Of a stretch of 64,000 nucleotides of DNA, positions 8,587-15,876 are shown piece after piece. Made by a program: the position numbers and the translations under genes. How positions within the stretch are numbered: position 1 is the stretch's first letter; the number at the start of each line of letters is the position of its first letter. A model generated the notes under the pieces. It saw only the letters and a list, made by a program, of their open reading frames with translations, was not told the origin of the DNA and ran no database searches. Location: NCBI GenBank assembly GCA_964570655.1, contig CAZMYU010000003.1, forward strand, positions 34,325 through 98,324, read 5' to 3'. This stretch comes from an uncultured Gammaproteobacteria bacterium. Its GTDB lineage: Bacteria; Patescibacteriota; Patescibacteriia; Patescibacteriales; UBA12465.

Positions 8587-9225
8587 TTATTTCTTATCTT
8601 CAGTCTTGGGAGCTTCTTTCTCATCCTTGGCTCCATCTTTGGCAGTCGGGACCTCAGCCACTTCAGCTACCGGCTCTTCCACCTTTTCTTCTTTCGGTTC
8701 TACCACCATAGCAATAACTTCCTCTGAATCAGCATCAAGCTCGATGCCTTTGGGCAAAACCACATCGCTTAGTTTCAAAGATTTGGGCATTTCATCAAAA
8801 AAAGCCAAATCAATATCAATATGCGCCACTAAATCACTTGGCAAACACTCTACTTCTAACTCATGGATATTTTTGATAAGCATGCCACCCAATTCTTTGA
8901 TAGCCTTGGCTTCGCCAAAAAAATGAAGCGGAACTTCGGCCTTGACCTTTTTGCTCATATTGACCTGATAAAAATCAACATGACGCAAACGATTTTTAAT
9001 CGGCTCAAATTGAGTATCTTTGATCAAAACCTTGACTATCTGGCCATCGATTTCTAAATCGATCAAACTAGATTCACCGGCTAAAGACAAGGTTTTTTCC
9101 ATGTCCAAACGTTTAATTTTTAAATTTTGGTTTTCTATTCCCTGACCATACAAGACCCCCAAGATATATTGGGCATCAGTTTGATCAATGTCTCCACGTT
9201 TTTCTGCTTTTAAATTTATAGTCAT
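8587..9225 (-). CDS. rplY: Ribosomal protein L25 / general stress protein Ctc form
   Basis: 212 aa. L25 beta-barrel N-domain (LKAEKRGD...GVLYG), Ctc-type second domain, acidic/lysine-rich tail. Confidence 0.85.
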   Translation of the reverse strand: MTINLKAEKRGDIDQTDAQYILGVLYGQGIENQNLKIKRLDMEKTLSLAGESSLIDLEIDGQIVKVLIKDTQFEPIKNRLRHVDFYQVNMSKKVKAEVPLHFFGEAKAIKELGGMLIKNIHELEVECLPSDLVAHIDIDLAFFDEMPKSLKLSDVVLPKGIELDADSEEVIAMVVEPKEEKVEEPVAEVAEVPTAKDGAKDEKEAPKTEDKK

Positions 9226-9263
9226 AAAATTAGTAGGTCCGAAATTATCATCCAGATCCTTGC

Positions 9264-10364
9264 TTATGTTTTTGATTTAATAATAATATTTTGAATAATA
9301 CCCAGGATTATGAAATTAGCTAGTATTGAACTACCCCCATAACTGATAAATGGCAAGGCAATACCCACTACTGGCAAAATCCCGATATTCATACCAATAT
9401 TAATAAACATTTCAATAAAAATCAAGGCGGTCGCTCCCAGGAGGAACAAAATGGCAAAATCATCATTAATCTTATGCAAAGCGGCTAACGACCGAAAAAA
9501 GAAGACCCCATAAAAGAAAAAGACTAGAAGTATCCCTAAAAAGCCCAATTCTTCAGCAACCACCGAAAAGATAAAGTCGGTATGAGCTTCGGGCAAAAAC
9601 TTGAGCTGAGATTGCGAGCCAAAACCCACGCCTCGGCCAGTAAGCCCTCCAGAACCAATAGCAATGGTAGCCTGATGAATATTATAGCCTTCTTCCAAGG
9701 AGTTGTAACTGGGATTAATAAAAGTCAAAACCCTTTCCTTTTGGTAATCTTTGAACAAAAAAAGCCAAGAACCCGCAAAGACGATTACCCCGCCCAAAAA
9801 AATAGCAATAAAGTAACGCCGTTTGAAACCCGATACCAACAACATAAAAATCCAAACTGCTGCCAGTAGCAAGGCTGAACCAAAATCCGGTTGGGCCAAA
9901 ACTAGCAGAATCAAACCAAAAGTAGCAGCCCCGGATAATAGAAAATATTTAAGCGGCCGAGTTTTGAAAGCTGAATTAGAAAATATCCGGGCCAAAAAAA
10001 TAATCAAAATAATTTTGACAAATTCCACCGGCTGAATACCTAGCCCAAAGATATTAAACCAACCCTTGGTGCCGTTAATATTTTGACCAAACAGCAAAAC
10101 AGCTACCAAAATTATTAGCCCAGCAATATATAAATAACGATTGAAGCTGCGCCAAAAATGATAATCCAAAAAAATCAGCAAGCTAAAAATCGCTAAACCA
10201 CCGATTACAAACCATAATTGTTTTTGAAAAGAGATAAAAGCTCCCCCGCCCTGCCCCAAAGCAATACTATATAATTCGATTAAAGAAAATAGCACCAACA
10301 AAAAAATGGCCGCCAGGAGCCACCAATCTAGATTTTGGAAATAAAGTTTAACCCTCAACCACAT
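9264..10364 (-). CDS. SEDS-family peptidoglycan polymerase (FtsW/RodA)
   Basis: 366 aa, about 10 TM. Conserved EFVKI..., LAQPDFGSA, TDFIFSVVAEELGF and PFISYGGSS motifs. Confidence 0.85.
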   Translation of the reverse strand: MWLRVKLYFQNLDWWLLAAIFLLVLFSLIELYSIALGQGGGAFISFQKQLWFVIGGLAIFSLLIFLDYHFWRSFNRYLYIAGLIILVAVLLFGQNINGTKGWFNIFGLGIQPVEFVKIILIIFLARIFSNSAFKTRPLKYFLLSGAATFGLILLVLAQPDFGSALLLAAVWIFMLLVSGFKRRYFIAIFLGGVIVFAGSWLFLFKDYQKERVLTFINPSYNSLEEGYNIHQATIAIGSGGLTGRGVGFGSQSQLKFLPEAHTDFIFSVVAEELGFLGILLVFFFYGVFFFRSLAALHKINDDFAILFLLGATALIFIEMFINIGMNIGILPVVGIALPFISYGGSSILANFIILGIIQNIIIKSKT

Positions 10365-10371
10365 AAATTAT

Positions 10372-11256
10372 TTATTTATAAGGCATATAAATATCGTTCC
10401 GCGTAATGTCGATATCTGGGATTATGGCAATGCCATCAACGATAGGCAAAGAATTGGGCCAAGCCAATCGGATATCCTTGGTTTGACCAGAATAAAATTC
10501 AGTAAGAGTATAACGATTGACACTCACCACTCGAGACCCATCACTAAGAATAATATTTAACGGTAATTCCCAATAATTATAGGCGCTATCATTTTTAATA
10601 CTAAATTCTAAGGTATGCAGATCAATATTTTCTGACAAACCGCTATCAGTTCCCGACAAAAATTTGGCATTGCTGGTAGTAAAATTTAGATGGTTTTTGG
10701 AAAAATTCGGCCAGTTTGGATATAGATGGCCATTAAGCCTTTGCCAGATCAAATCTCTAATTTCTAATTGCAAGCTGGTAGTGGCGGTTTGCTTATTGCC
10801 CAGTGATAATAAATATTTTTTCTCTCCTGGTAAAATAAAAGAATTATGACAGCTAATAGCCTGGCCATTGTCGGTAAAACAATAAGAAAAATAGGCATAA
10901 AAATTGCTATTAGGATTTTCCAATTTGGCTACAAAATCGTAATTGCCAGCACTCAAAAAAACTTGCGGGTCGCTTTGTAGTAGCGAAGCTGGAGCATTGG
11001 TTTTTTGTTGTTGTTGCCAATTGATAATGCTATTAGACAAATTAGCAATATTGGCTCGCTCCGCTGGTCCAGAAAACAAGAAATAATCAATATAACTATA
11101 AATATTATAACCATAGACTATAGCTGAAACCGCCACTAGCAATACTACCAAGGCGATATAAAAATGCCTCTTCTGTTTGATAATCCACAGACCAAAACCC
11201 AAACGACCCTCAGACGGAGCGTCAGACGATTCAAATTTTTGAGAATTGTTTAGCAT
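10372..11256 (-). CDS. Hypothetical single-pass membrane protein
   Basis: 294 aa. One N-terminal TM (FYIALVVLLVAVSAIVYGY), then an N/S/Q-rich extracytoplasmic domain. No motif recognised. Confidence 0.5.
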   Translation of the reverse strand: MLNNSQKFESSDAPSEGRLGFGLWIIKQKRHFYIALVVLLVAVSAIVYGYNIYSYIDYFLFSGPAERANIANLSNSIINWQQQQKTNAPASLLQSDPQVFLSAGNYDFVAKLENPNSNFYAYFSYCFTDNGQAISCHNSFILPGEKKYLLSLGNKQTATTSLQLEIRDLIWQRLNGHLYPNWPNFSKNHLNFTTSNAKFLSGTDSGLSENIDLHTLEFSIKNDSAYNYWELPLNIILSDGSRVVSVNRYTLTEFYSGQTKDIRLAWPNSLPIVDGIAIIPDIDITRNDIYMPYK

Positions 11257-11315
11257 ATGATATAATTATAACATAAAACATTTAGATATTAAAGCTTATT
11301 AAACATGACAATTAT

Positions 11316-12212
11316 ATGGCCAAAATTTCCGTGCCCAAAACAGTGCCCAAAAACAAAGTCGCCACTTATCTAAAAAACTACAATGCCATTACCCTAGGTA
11401 CCGGACGGCTATTTCTCTTAGCCGGTGATCAAAAAGTAGAACACTTAAATAGTGATTTTTTTGGACCCGGCATATCGGCTGAAGACGCTTACCCCGAGCA
11501 TTTGTTTAAAATCGCCAAATCGGCTCCAGTGGGCGCCCTAGCGATGCACCTGGGACTCATTTCTAAATATGCTGAAAATTATCCCAAGATAAATTATATC
11601 GTTAAGATGAATGCTAAAACCAATCTGAATCCTGATCCAGATACTGTTAGCCGATCGCTGATCACTGTGCAAGATGTAGTTAATTTCAAAAAGGAAACAA
11701 AATTAAAAATTGCTGGAGTTGGTTATACGGTTTATATTGGCAACAAATATGAAAGCCAAATGCTCACCGAAGCTTCGGAAATAATTTTGGAAGCGCAAAA
11801 AAACGGACTAGTCACAATCATCTGGATGTACCCCCGGGGTAAGAGCGTTAAAAACGACGAAGACATTCATACTATTGCCGGTGGAGCTGGAGTGGCCCTG
11901 TGTCTGGGAGCTGATTTTGTTAAAGTGAAATATCCTTATGACGAAAAAGAAGCCACTGCCAAAAAATTTACCGAGGTAGTCAAAGCCGCTGGGCAGACCA
12001 AGGTAATCTGTGCTGGTGGTTCCAAGCTGACTCCGGCCAAATTATTAAAAGATCTCTATTATCAAATTAATATCTCTAAAACCGGCGGAGTGGCCCTAGG
12101 TCGCAATCTACACCAATATTCCCTAGACCAGGCCATCAAACTGGCCAAAGCCGTGAAAGCCATTGTTAATGACAAAAAATCCCTCAAACAGGCCGAGAAA
12201 TTCTTGAAATAA
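11316..12212 (+). CDS. Class I fructose-bisphosphate aldolase, DhnA/FbaB (DeoC-like) family
   Basis: 298 aa. TIM-barrel aldolase pattern with Schiff-base lysine context GADFVKVKYP and GVALGRN near the C-terminus. Confidence 0.7.
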   Translation: MAKISVPKTVPKNKVATYLKNYNAITLGTGRLFLLAGDQKVEHLNSDFFGPGISAEDAYPEHLFKIAKSAPVGALAMHLGLISKYAENYPKINYIVKMNAKTNLNPDPDTVSRSLITVQDVVNFKKETKLKIAGVGYTVYIGNKYESQMLTEASEIILEAQKNGLVTIIWMYPRGKSVKNDEDIHTIAGGAGVALCLGADFVKVKYPYDEKEATAKKFTEVVKAAGQTKVICAGGSKLTPAKLLKDLYYQINISKTGGVALGRNLHQYSLDQAIKLAKAVKAIVNDKKSLKQAEKFLK

Positions 12213-12243
12213 ACCGAGCTAAACTCATTATAAGCCGAAAAAT

Positions 12244-12280
12244 AAAACCCGGAAGGCCATAAGGTCAACCGGGTTTTATA
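12244..12280. terminator. Bidirectional rho-independent terminator shared by aldolase (+) and thrS (-)
   Basis: aaaAAAACCCGGaaggccataaggtcaaCCGGGTTTTatattt. 9-bp stem with A-run upstream and T-run downstream. Confidence 0.75.
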
Positions 12281-12286
12281 TTTACT

Positions 12287-12314
12287 GGTGTCAGGCACCA
12301 AGGTGCCTGACACC
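12287..12314. repeat. GC-rich palindromic hairpin GGTGTCAGGCACC-aa-GGTGCCTGACACC (copy 1, 3' of thrS)
   Basis: Perfect 13-bp arms. The same 13-mer with the same TTTACTG flank recurs at 14141-14176. Confidence 0.9.
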
Positions 12315-12319
12315 TGGTT

Positions 12320-14128
12320 TTATTCATTTTTGGCCATCTTATCTTGAATCTCACTTATCAATTCTTCCCTACTCATATTCACCGTCTCCTTATCACCGCG
12401 ACGACGGACGGCTAAATCCTGAGATTCCATTTCTTTGTCGCCCACTACCAGCATATAAGGAATTTTTTCCATAGTCGCTTTTCTAATTTTGTTGCCAACA
12501 GTTTCATCATTAACATCCGTCTCTACTCTAAGTCCCTGAGCTATAAAATCTTCGGCTAATTTATTTACATACTCATAATGTTTTTCACCCACCGCGATTA
12601 TTTTAATTTGAGTTGGTGATAACCATAAAGGAAAAACTCCGGCATAATGTTCAATCAAAAGACCGATAAAGCGTTCAAAACTACCTAGTAAGGCCCGATG
12701 AAGCATGTAAGGTCTCTCAGCTTGACCACTAGAATTGGTATAATTCATATCAAAACGATCTGGTAGATTGAAATCAAATTGCAAAGTTGAACACTGCCAT
12801 TCACGACCCAAAACATCCTTGATTTTAAAATCTAATTTCGGACCATAGAAAGCAGCCTCGCCTAGTTCTTCTTTAAAGTTTAATTTTTTTTCTATTGCTA
12901 CTTTTCTTAAAATATTTTCGGTAAAATCCCAACCAGCATCCAGGCCAGCATATTTATCTTTGTTTTTTGGATCTCGGAGTGACAGATAAACATTCACAGA
13001 ATCCTCGGAGAATCCGAAAGATTTATAAATAAACAAAATGAAATCAATAGTCTTTTTAAGTTCTTCTTCGACCTGATCTTCTCGACAAATAATATGAGCA
13101 TCATCCTGAGTAAAACCTCGCACTCTGACTAGCCCCGACAACTCACCTTTTTTTTCAAAACGATAGACCGTGCCGCATTCAGCATAACGAATTGGCAAGT
13201 CTCGATAAGACCTCAAGCTATGATTATAAATTTCCACATGAAACGGACAATTCATTGGCTTAAGCAAATACTCTTCAGAAATTTCTGCTATTTTTTTCTG
13301 CTGTCTCTCTTCTAAAGTCTGACCGACTTCCAAAGGTGGATACATTGAGCTATTATAAAACCCCCAATGGCCAGAAGTTTCCCATAAATTGCGATGACCA
13401 ATATGCGGAGTCCTAACCAATTTATAATGATTCTTGAAATGAGCATCATACCAAAATTTTTCAATTTCATGCCAAATAATTGCTCCCTTCGGGTGCCATA
13501 AAGGCAAACCTAAACCAACCTGCTCATCAATATGAAACAAGTCTAATTCCTTACCCAGCTTGCGGTGGTCTCTCTTTTCGGCTTCTTCTAGAAGATTTAA
13601 ATATTTGACCAGTTCTTTTCGATCATTAAAAGCCAAACCATAAATCCGAGTGAGCATTTTGTTTTTTTCACTGCCCCGCCAATAGGCTCCGGCCAACTTG
13701 TGCAATTTGAAACCCTTGGGATCAATCTGTTTTAGATTGTCCACATGCGGTCCTCGACACAAATCACTAAAATCACCCAAGGTATAAAAACCAACTTCTT
13801 CTTCCCCGGCAATGATCAAATCACTAATAAGTTCGGCTTTATAAATATCACCAGCTTTTTCAGCCGATTTCAAAGCCGTCGAACTTTTGACGGTCGAATA
13901 TTTAAACTCTAGATCTTGCCCTAAAATCTCAACCATGAGATCTTGAATTTTGGCTAAATCCGCCTCCACAATTTTATCAGCCCCAAAATCAACATCATAA
14001 TAAAAACCATTATCAATAGCCGGACCAATAGCTAATTGAGCCTTCGGCCACAATTTCTTGATAGCCATCGCCAAGACATGAGCCAAAGAATGCCGTTTAA
14101 TCTCTAAGTTGTTAGAATTGTTTTTCAT
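12320..14128 (-). CDS. thrS: Threonyl-tRNA synthetase lacking the N-terminal TGS domain
   Basis: Starts directly in the editing domain (RHSLAHVLAMAIKKLWP...AIGPAIDNGFYYD). Class II core (FRFEKKGELSGLVRVRGFTQDDAH, HRALLGSFERF) and anticodon-binding C-terminus. The ORF-track GTG start at 14152 lies inside a hairpin, so ATG at 14128 (MKNNSNN) is preferred. Confidence 0.9.
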   Translation of the reverse strand: MKNNSNNLEIKRHSLAHVLAMAIKKLWPKAQLAIGPAIDNGFYYDVDFGADKIVEADLAKIQDLMVEILGQDLEFKYSTVKSSTALKSAEKAGDIYKAELISDLIIAGEEEVGFYTLGDFSDLCRGPHVDNLKQIDPKGFKLHKLAGAYWRGSEKNKMLTRIYGLAFNDRKELVKYLNLLEEAEKRDHRKLGKELDLFHIDEQVGLGLPLWHPKGAIIWHEIEKFWYDAHFKNHYKLVRTPHIGHRNLWETSGHWGFYNSSMYPPLEVGQTLEERQQKKIAEISEEYLLKPMNCPFHVEIYNHSLRSYRDLPIRYAECGTVYRFEKKGELSGLVRVRGFTQDDAHIICREDQVEEELKKTIDFILFIYKSFGFSEDSVNVYLSLRDPKNKDKYAGLDAGWDFTENILRKVAIEKKLNFKEELGEAAFYGPKLDFKIKDVLGREWQCSTLQFDFNLPDRFDMNYTNSSGQAERPYMLHRALLGSFERFIGLLIEHYAGVFPLWLSPTQIKIIAVGEKHYEYVNKLAEDFIAQGLRVETDVNDETVGNKIRKATMEKIPYMLVVGDKEMESQDLAVRRRGDKETVNMSREELISEIQDKMAKNE

Positions 14129-14140
14129 ATGTTTACTGCT

Positions 14141-14176
14141 GGTGTCAGGCACCTTTATCGCTTGGTGCCAGACACC
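14141..14176. repeat. GC-rich hairpin GGTGTCAGGCACC-10 nt-GGTGCCAGACACC (copy 2, 5' of thrS)
   Basis: Same 13-mer and TTTACTG(CT) flank as 12287-12314. One mismatch in the stem. Lies between the T-box terminator and the thrS ATG. Confidence 0.85.
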
Positions 14177-14356
14177 AAAAAATCTCGTTCCAATAATTTA
14201 AAAAATAAATTACTAGAACGAGATTTCTCCCGCGGTTCCATCTAGTTTTCCCGCCTGCGGTGGGACACTTACTTACAATATTTATAGTTTAGAAAAAATG
14301 ACCAAAATGGCCCAGTGTTTGGTAGACACCGCAATCACTACAAATATCTATTACTT
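14177..14356 (-). promoter_or_regulatory. T-box riboswitch leader of thrS (antiterminator/terminator clearly present; Stem I unresolved)
   Basis: Minus strand 14245-14213 reads CUAGA-UGGAACC-GCGGGA-GAAA-UCUCGU-UCUAG. That is helix A1, the 7-nt T-box bulge UGGAACC, and helix A2 with a GNRA loop. A competing terminator pairs AAAUCUCGUUC (plus inner UAAUUUA/UAAAUUA) with GAACGAGAUUU and is followed by UUUU (14177-14229). AGAGA and AGUGA motifs lie upstream. Confidence 0.8.
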
Positions 14357-14385
14357 ATTATAAATCTCTTATAGACAAAAGTCAA
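14357..14385 (-). promoter_or_regulatory. Candidate promoter TTGACT-N17-TATAAT for the thrS leader
   Basis: Minus strand TTGACTtttgtctataagagattTATAAT. It may instead lie inside T-box Stem I. An alternative TATAAT is at 14455-14460. Confidence 0.4.
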
Positions 14386-14486
14386 TTTGGGGGCCAAAAC
14401 ACTGAAAACCACAAAGTTTTGATCAGCCAATAACAAAACAAAACAAATATGACCATTATAGAAGTAGCCCGAATTTCTTTCATAAA

Positions 14487-15824
14487 CTATTTGGTTTCCA
14501 CAAAAATTCGGTCAGACAAAGACGGGGCTCGCTTGATAAACTTGGGGAAAAACTTGAGTTCAAAAGTATCGACTTCCTGAAAATTACTCAAATAATTGGT
14601 CAGTTGCTGAGCATTTAGATTGACCAATTTTTTCTTATCAATAAAATCGGCTTGATTGTCAGATACCTGGCTAGAATAAAAAACTTCTAAATTAACAATC
14701 TTATCAGTCGAATTAAAATTCTTGATTTCATAACTAAAACTATTTTTGTCTAAATCGGACAAAATTTTGTCAGCTCCCAATTCGCTGATTAATTGTTTTT
14801 TGATGAGAGCCGATAAATCATCGGATTTAAAAGTAGCCACCTTAACAATATTTTTGGCATTTAATTGCCAGCGATCTTTGGCATCACCAACTTTGGCATC
14901 GATCAAATTAAATTCTAAAGTTTTGGGATCGGCAAAATAAATTACTTGATCATCGCCATTCATATTGCTAGCTACCTGCACCTTGATCTTATCGATTAGT
15001 TTCTGATTCATTGCTATCTTGGCCGCTTCTAGATCTTCTTTGGTGATAAGCTTCTGACCACTAGCATTATATGTGAAAGCCTCGTGACTTTCTCCGTAAA
15101 TCTTGGCTTGGAGAGCGGGGTTGAGCCCAGGAATACTAAAACGGGTTGGAGCTATGGCCATATCCGCTGACAATTTATCCGGATAAATATCCACTTCCAC
15201 CTGACCATTTTTGGGGACGGTCACAGCATTCTTGATTCTAAACAGTTTATTATCAGCACTTAAAAGTCGCGTAGTAGCAACTAAGGGCTGACTGCTGGCA
15301 GTGGTGTTAATAATAGTCACCTTGCCAGTCAAAGTCGCTCCCTCGCTAGAAACACCGGTAGCTGAAAATTCGCCGACTTCGCTCACTTCTAGATCAGACA
15401 AATGCCCATAAATAGCGGTTTCGTTTTCCAGTAATTTGTTTTGATCGCCATAAATATTAAGACTAGCATCGCCTTTGACGCTTTCGGAGGCTGGATGAAC
15501 AATCACAGTGAGTTTGCTAAAAGAAAAATAAGCTACTACTAAAACCAAAATAATAATCAACACCAAAAACCGACGAGCTAGACGACGATACACCCCAACA
15601 TTTTTGACTGGCTTAACACTAGTGGCCGGACTAGAAGTAGTTGAAGCCGACTGGTCTTTCTCTTCTCTAATTTGTCTAGACATCATTTCGAAAAACTCCC
15701 GTCGAGTATCATAGTTTTGTTCGGCTGGTAAATCATTGATAGAGGGAATAACTTTGCGAGTCTGATGAACCGGAGCCGGAGCTGGACTCTTTTTTTTGGG
15801 GCTAACTATTTTTTTAGTAGGCAT
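14487..15824 (-). CDS. Hypothetical membrane-anchored protein
   Basis: 445 aa. Basic/Pro-rich cytoplasmic N-terminus (KKKSPAPAPV), one TM (FLVLIIILVLVVAYF), large beta-rich external domain. No catalytic motif recognised. Confidence 0.5.
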   Translation of the reverse strand: MPTKKIVSPKKKSPAPAPVHQTRKVIPSINDLPAEQNYDTRREFFEMMSRQIREEKDQSASTTSSPATSVKPVKNVGVYRRLARRFLVLIIILVLVVAYFSFSKLTVIVHPASESVKGDASLNIYGDQNKLLENETAIYGHLSDLEVSEVGEFSATGVSSEGATLTGKVTIINTTASSQPLVATTRLLSADNKLFRIKNAVTVPKNGQVEVDIYPDKLSADMAIAPTRFSIPGLNPALQAKIYGESHEAFTYNASGQKLITKEDLEAAKIAMNQKLIDKIKVQVASNMNGDDQVIYFADPKTLEFNLIDAKVGDAKDRWQLNAKNIVKVATFKSDDLSALIKKQLISELGADKILSDLDKNSFSYEIKNFNSTDKIVNLEVFYSSQVSDNQADFIDKKKLVNLNAQQLTNYLSNFQEVDTFELKFFPKFIKRAPSLSDRIFVETK

Positions 15825-15876
15825 AAACTAATTAATTTAATTGAGTTTTATATGGATAATTATAACACTTTTTTTA

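Noticed and set aside
8573-8926. 117-aa plus-strand Ser/Thr-rich ORF (and similar antisense ORFs such as 23438-23827, 32427-32744, 62862-63182)
   Set aside because: Low-complexity antisense frames inside well-supported minus-strand genes (rplY, the 23555 gene, hpf, the surface protein).
14129-14152. GTG-initiated 8-codon N-terminal extension of thrS (MPDTSSKH)
   Set aside because: These codons are one arm of the GGTGCCTGACACC hairpin repeat. The ATG at 14128 gives a normal editing-domain start.
14487-15824. Phage baseplate-J-like annotation for the 445-aa membrane-anchored protein
   Set aside because: Only a vague by-eye resemblance in a beta-rich region. No neighbouring phage genes. Left as hypothetical.
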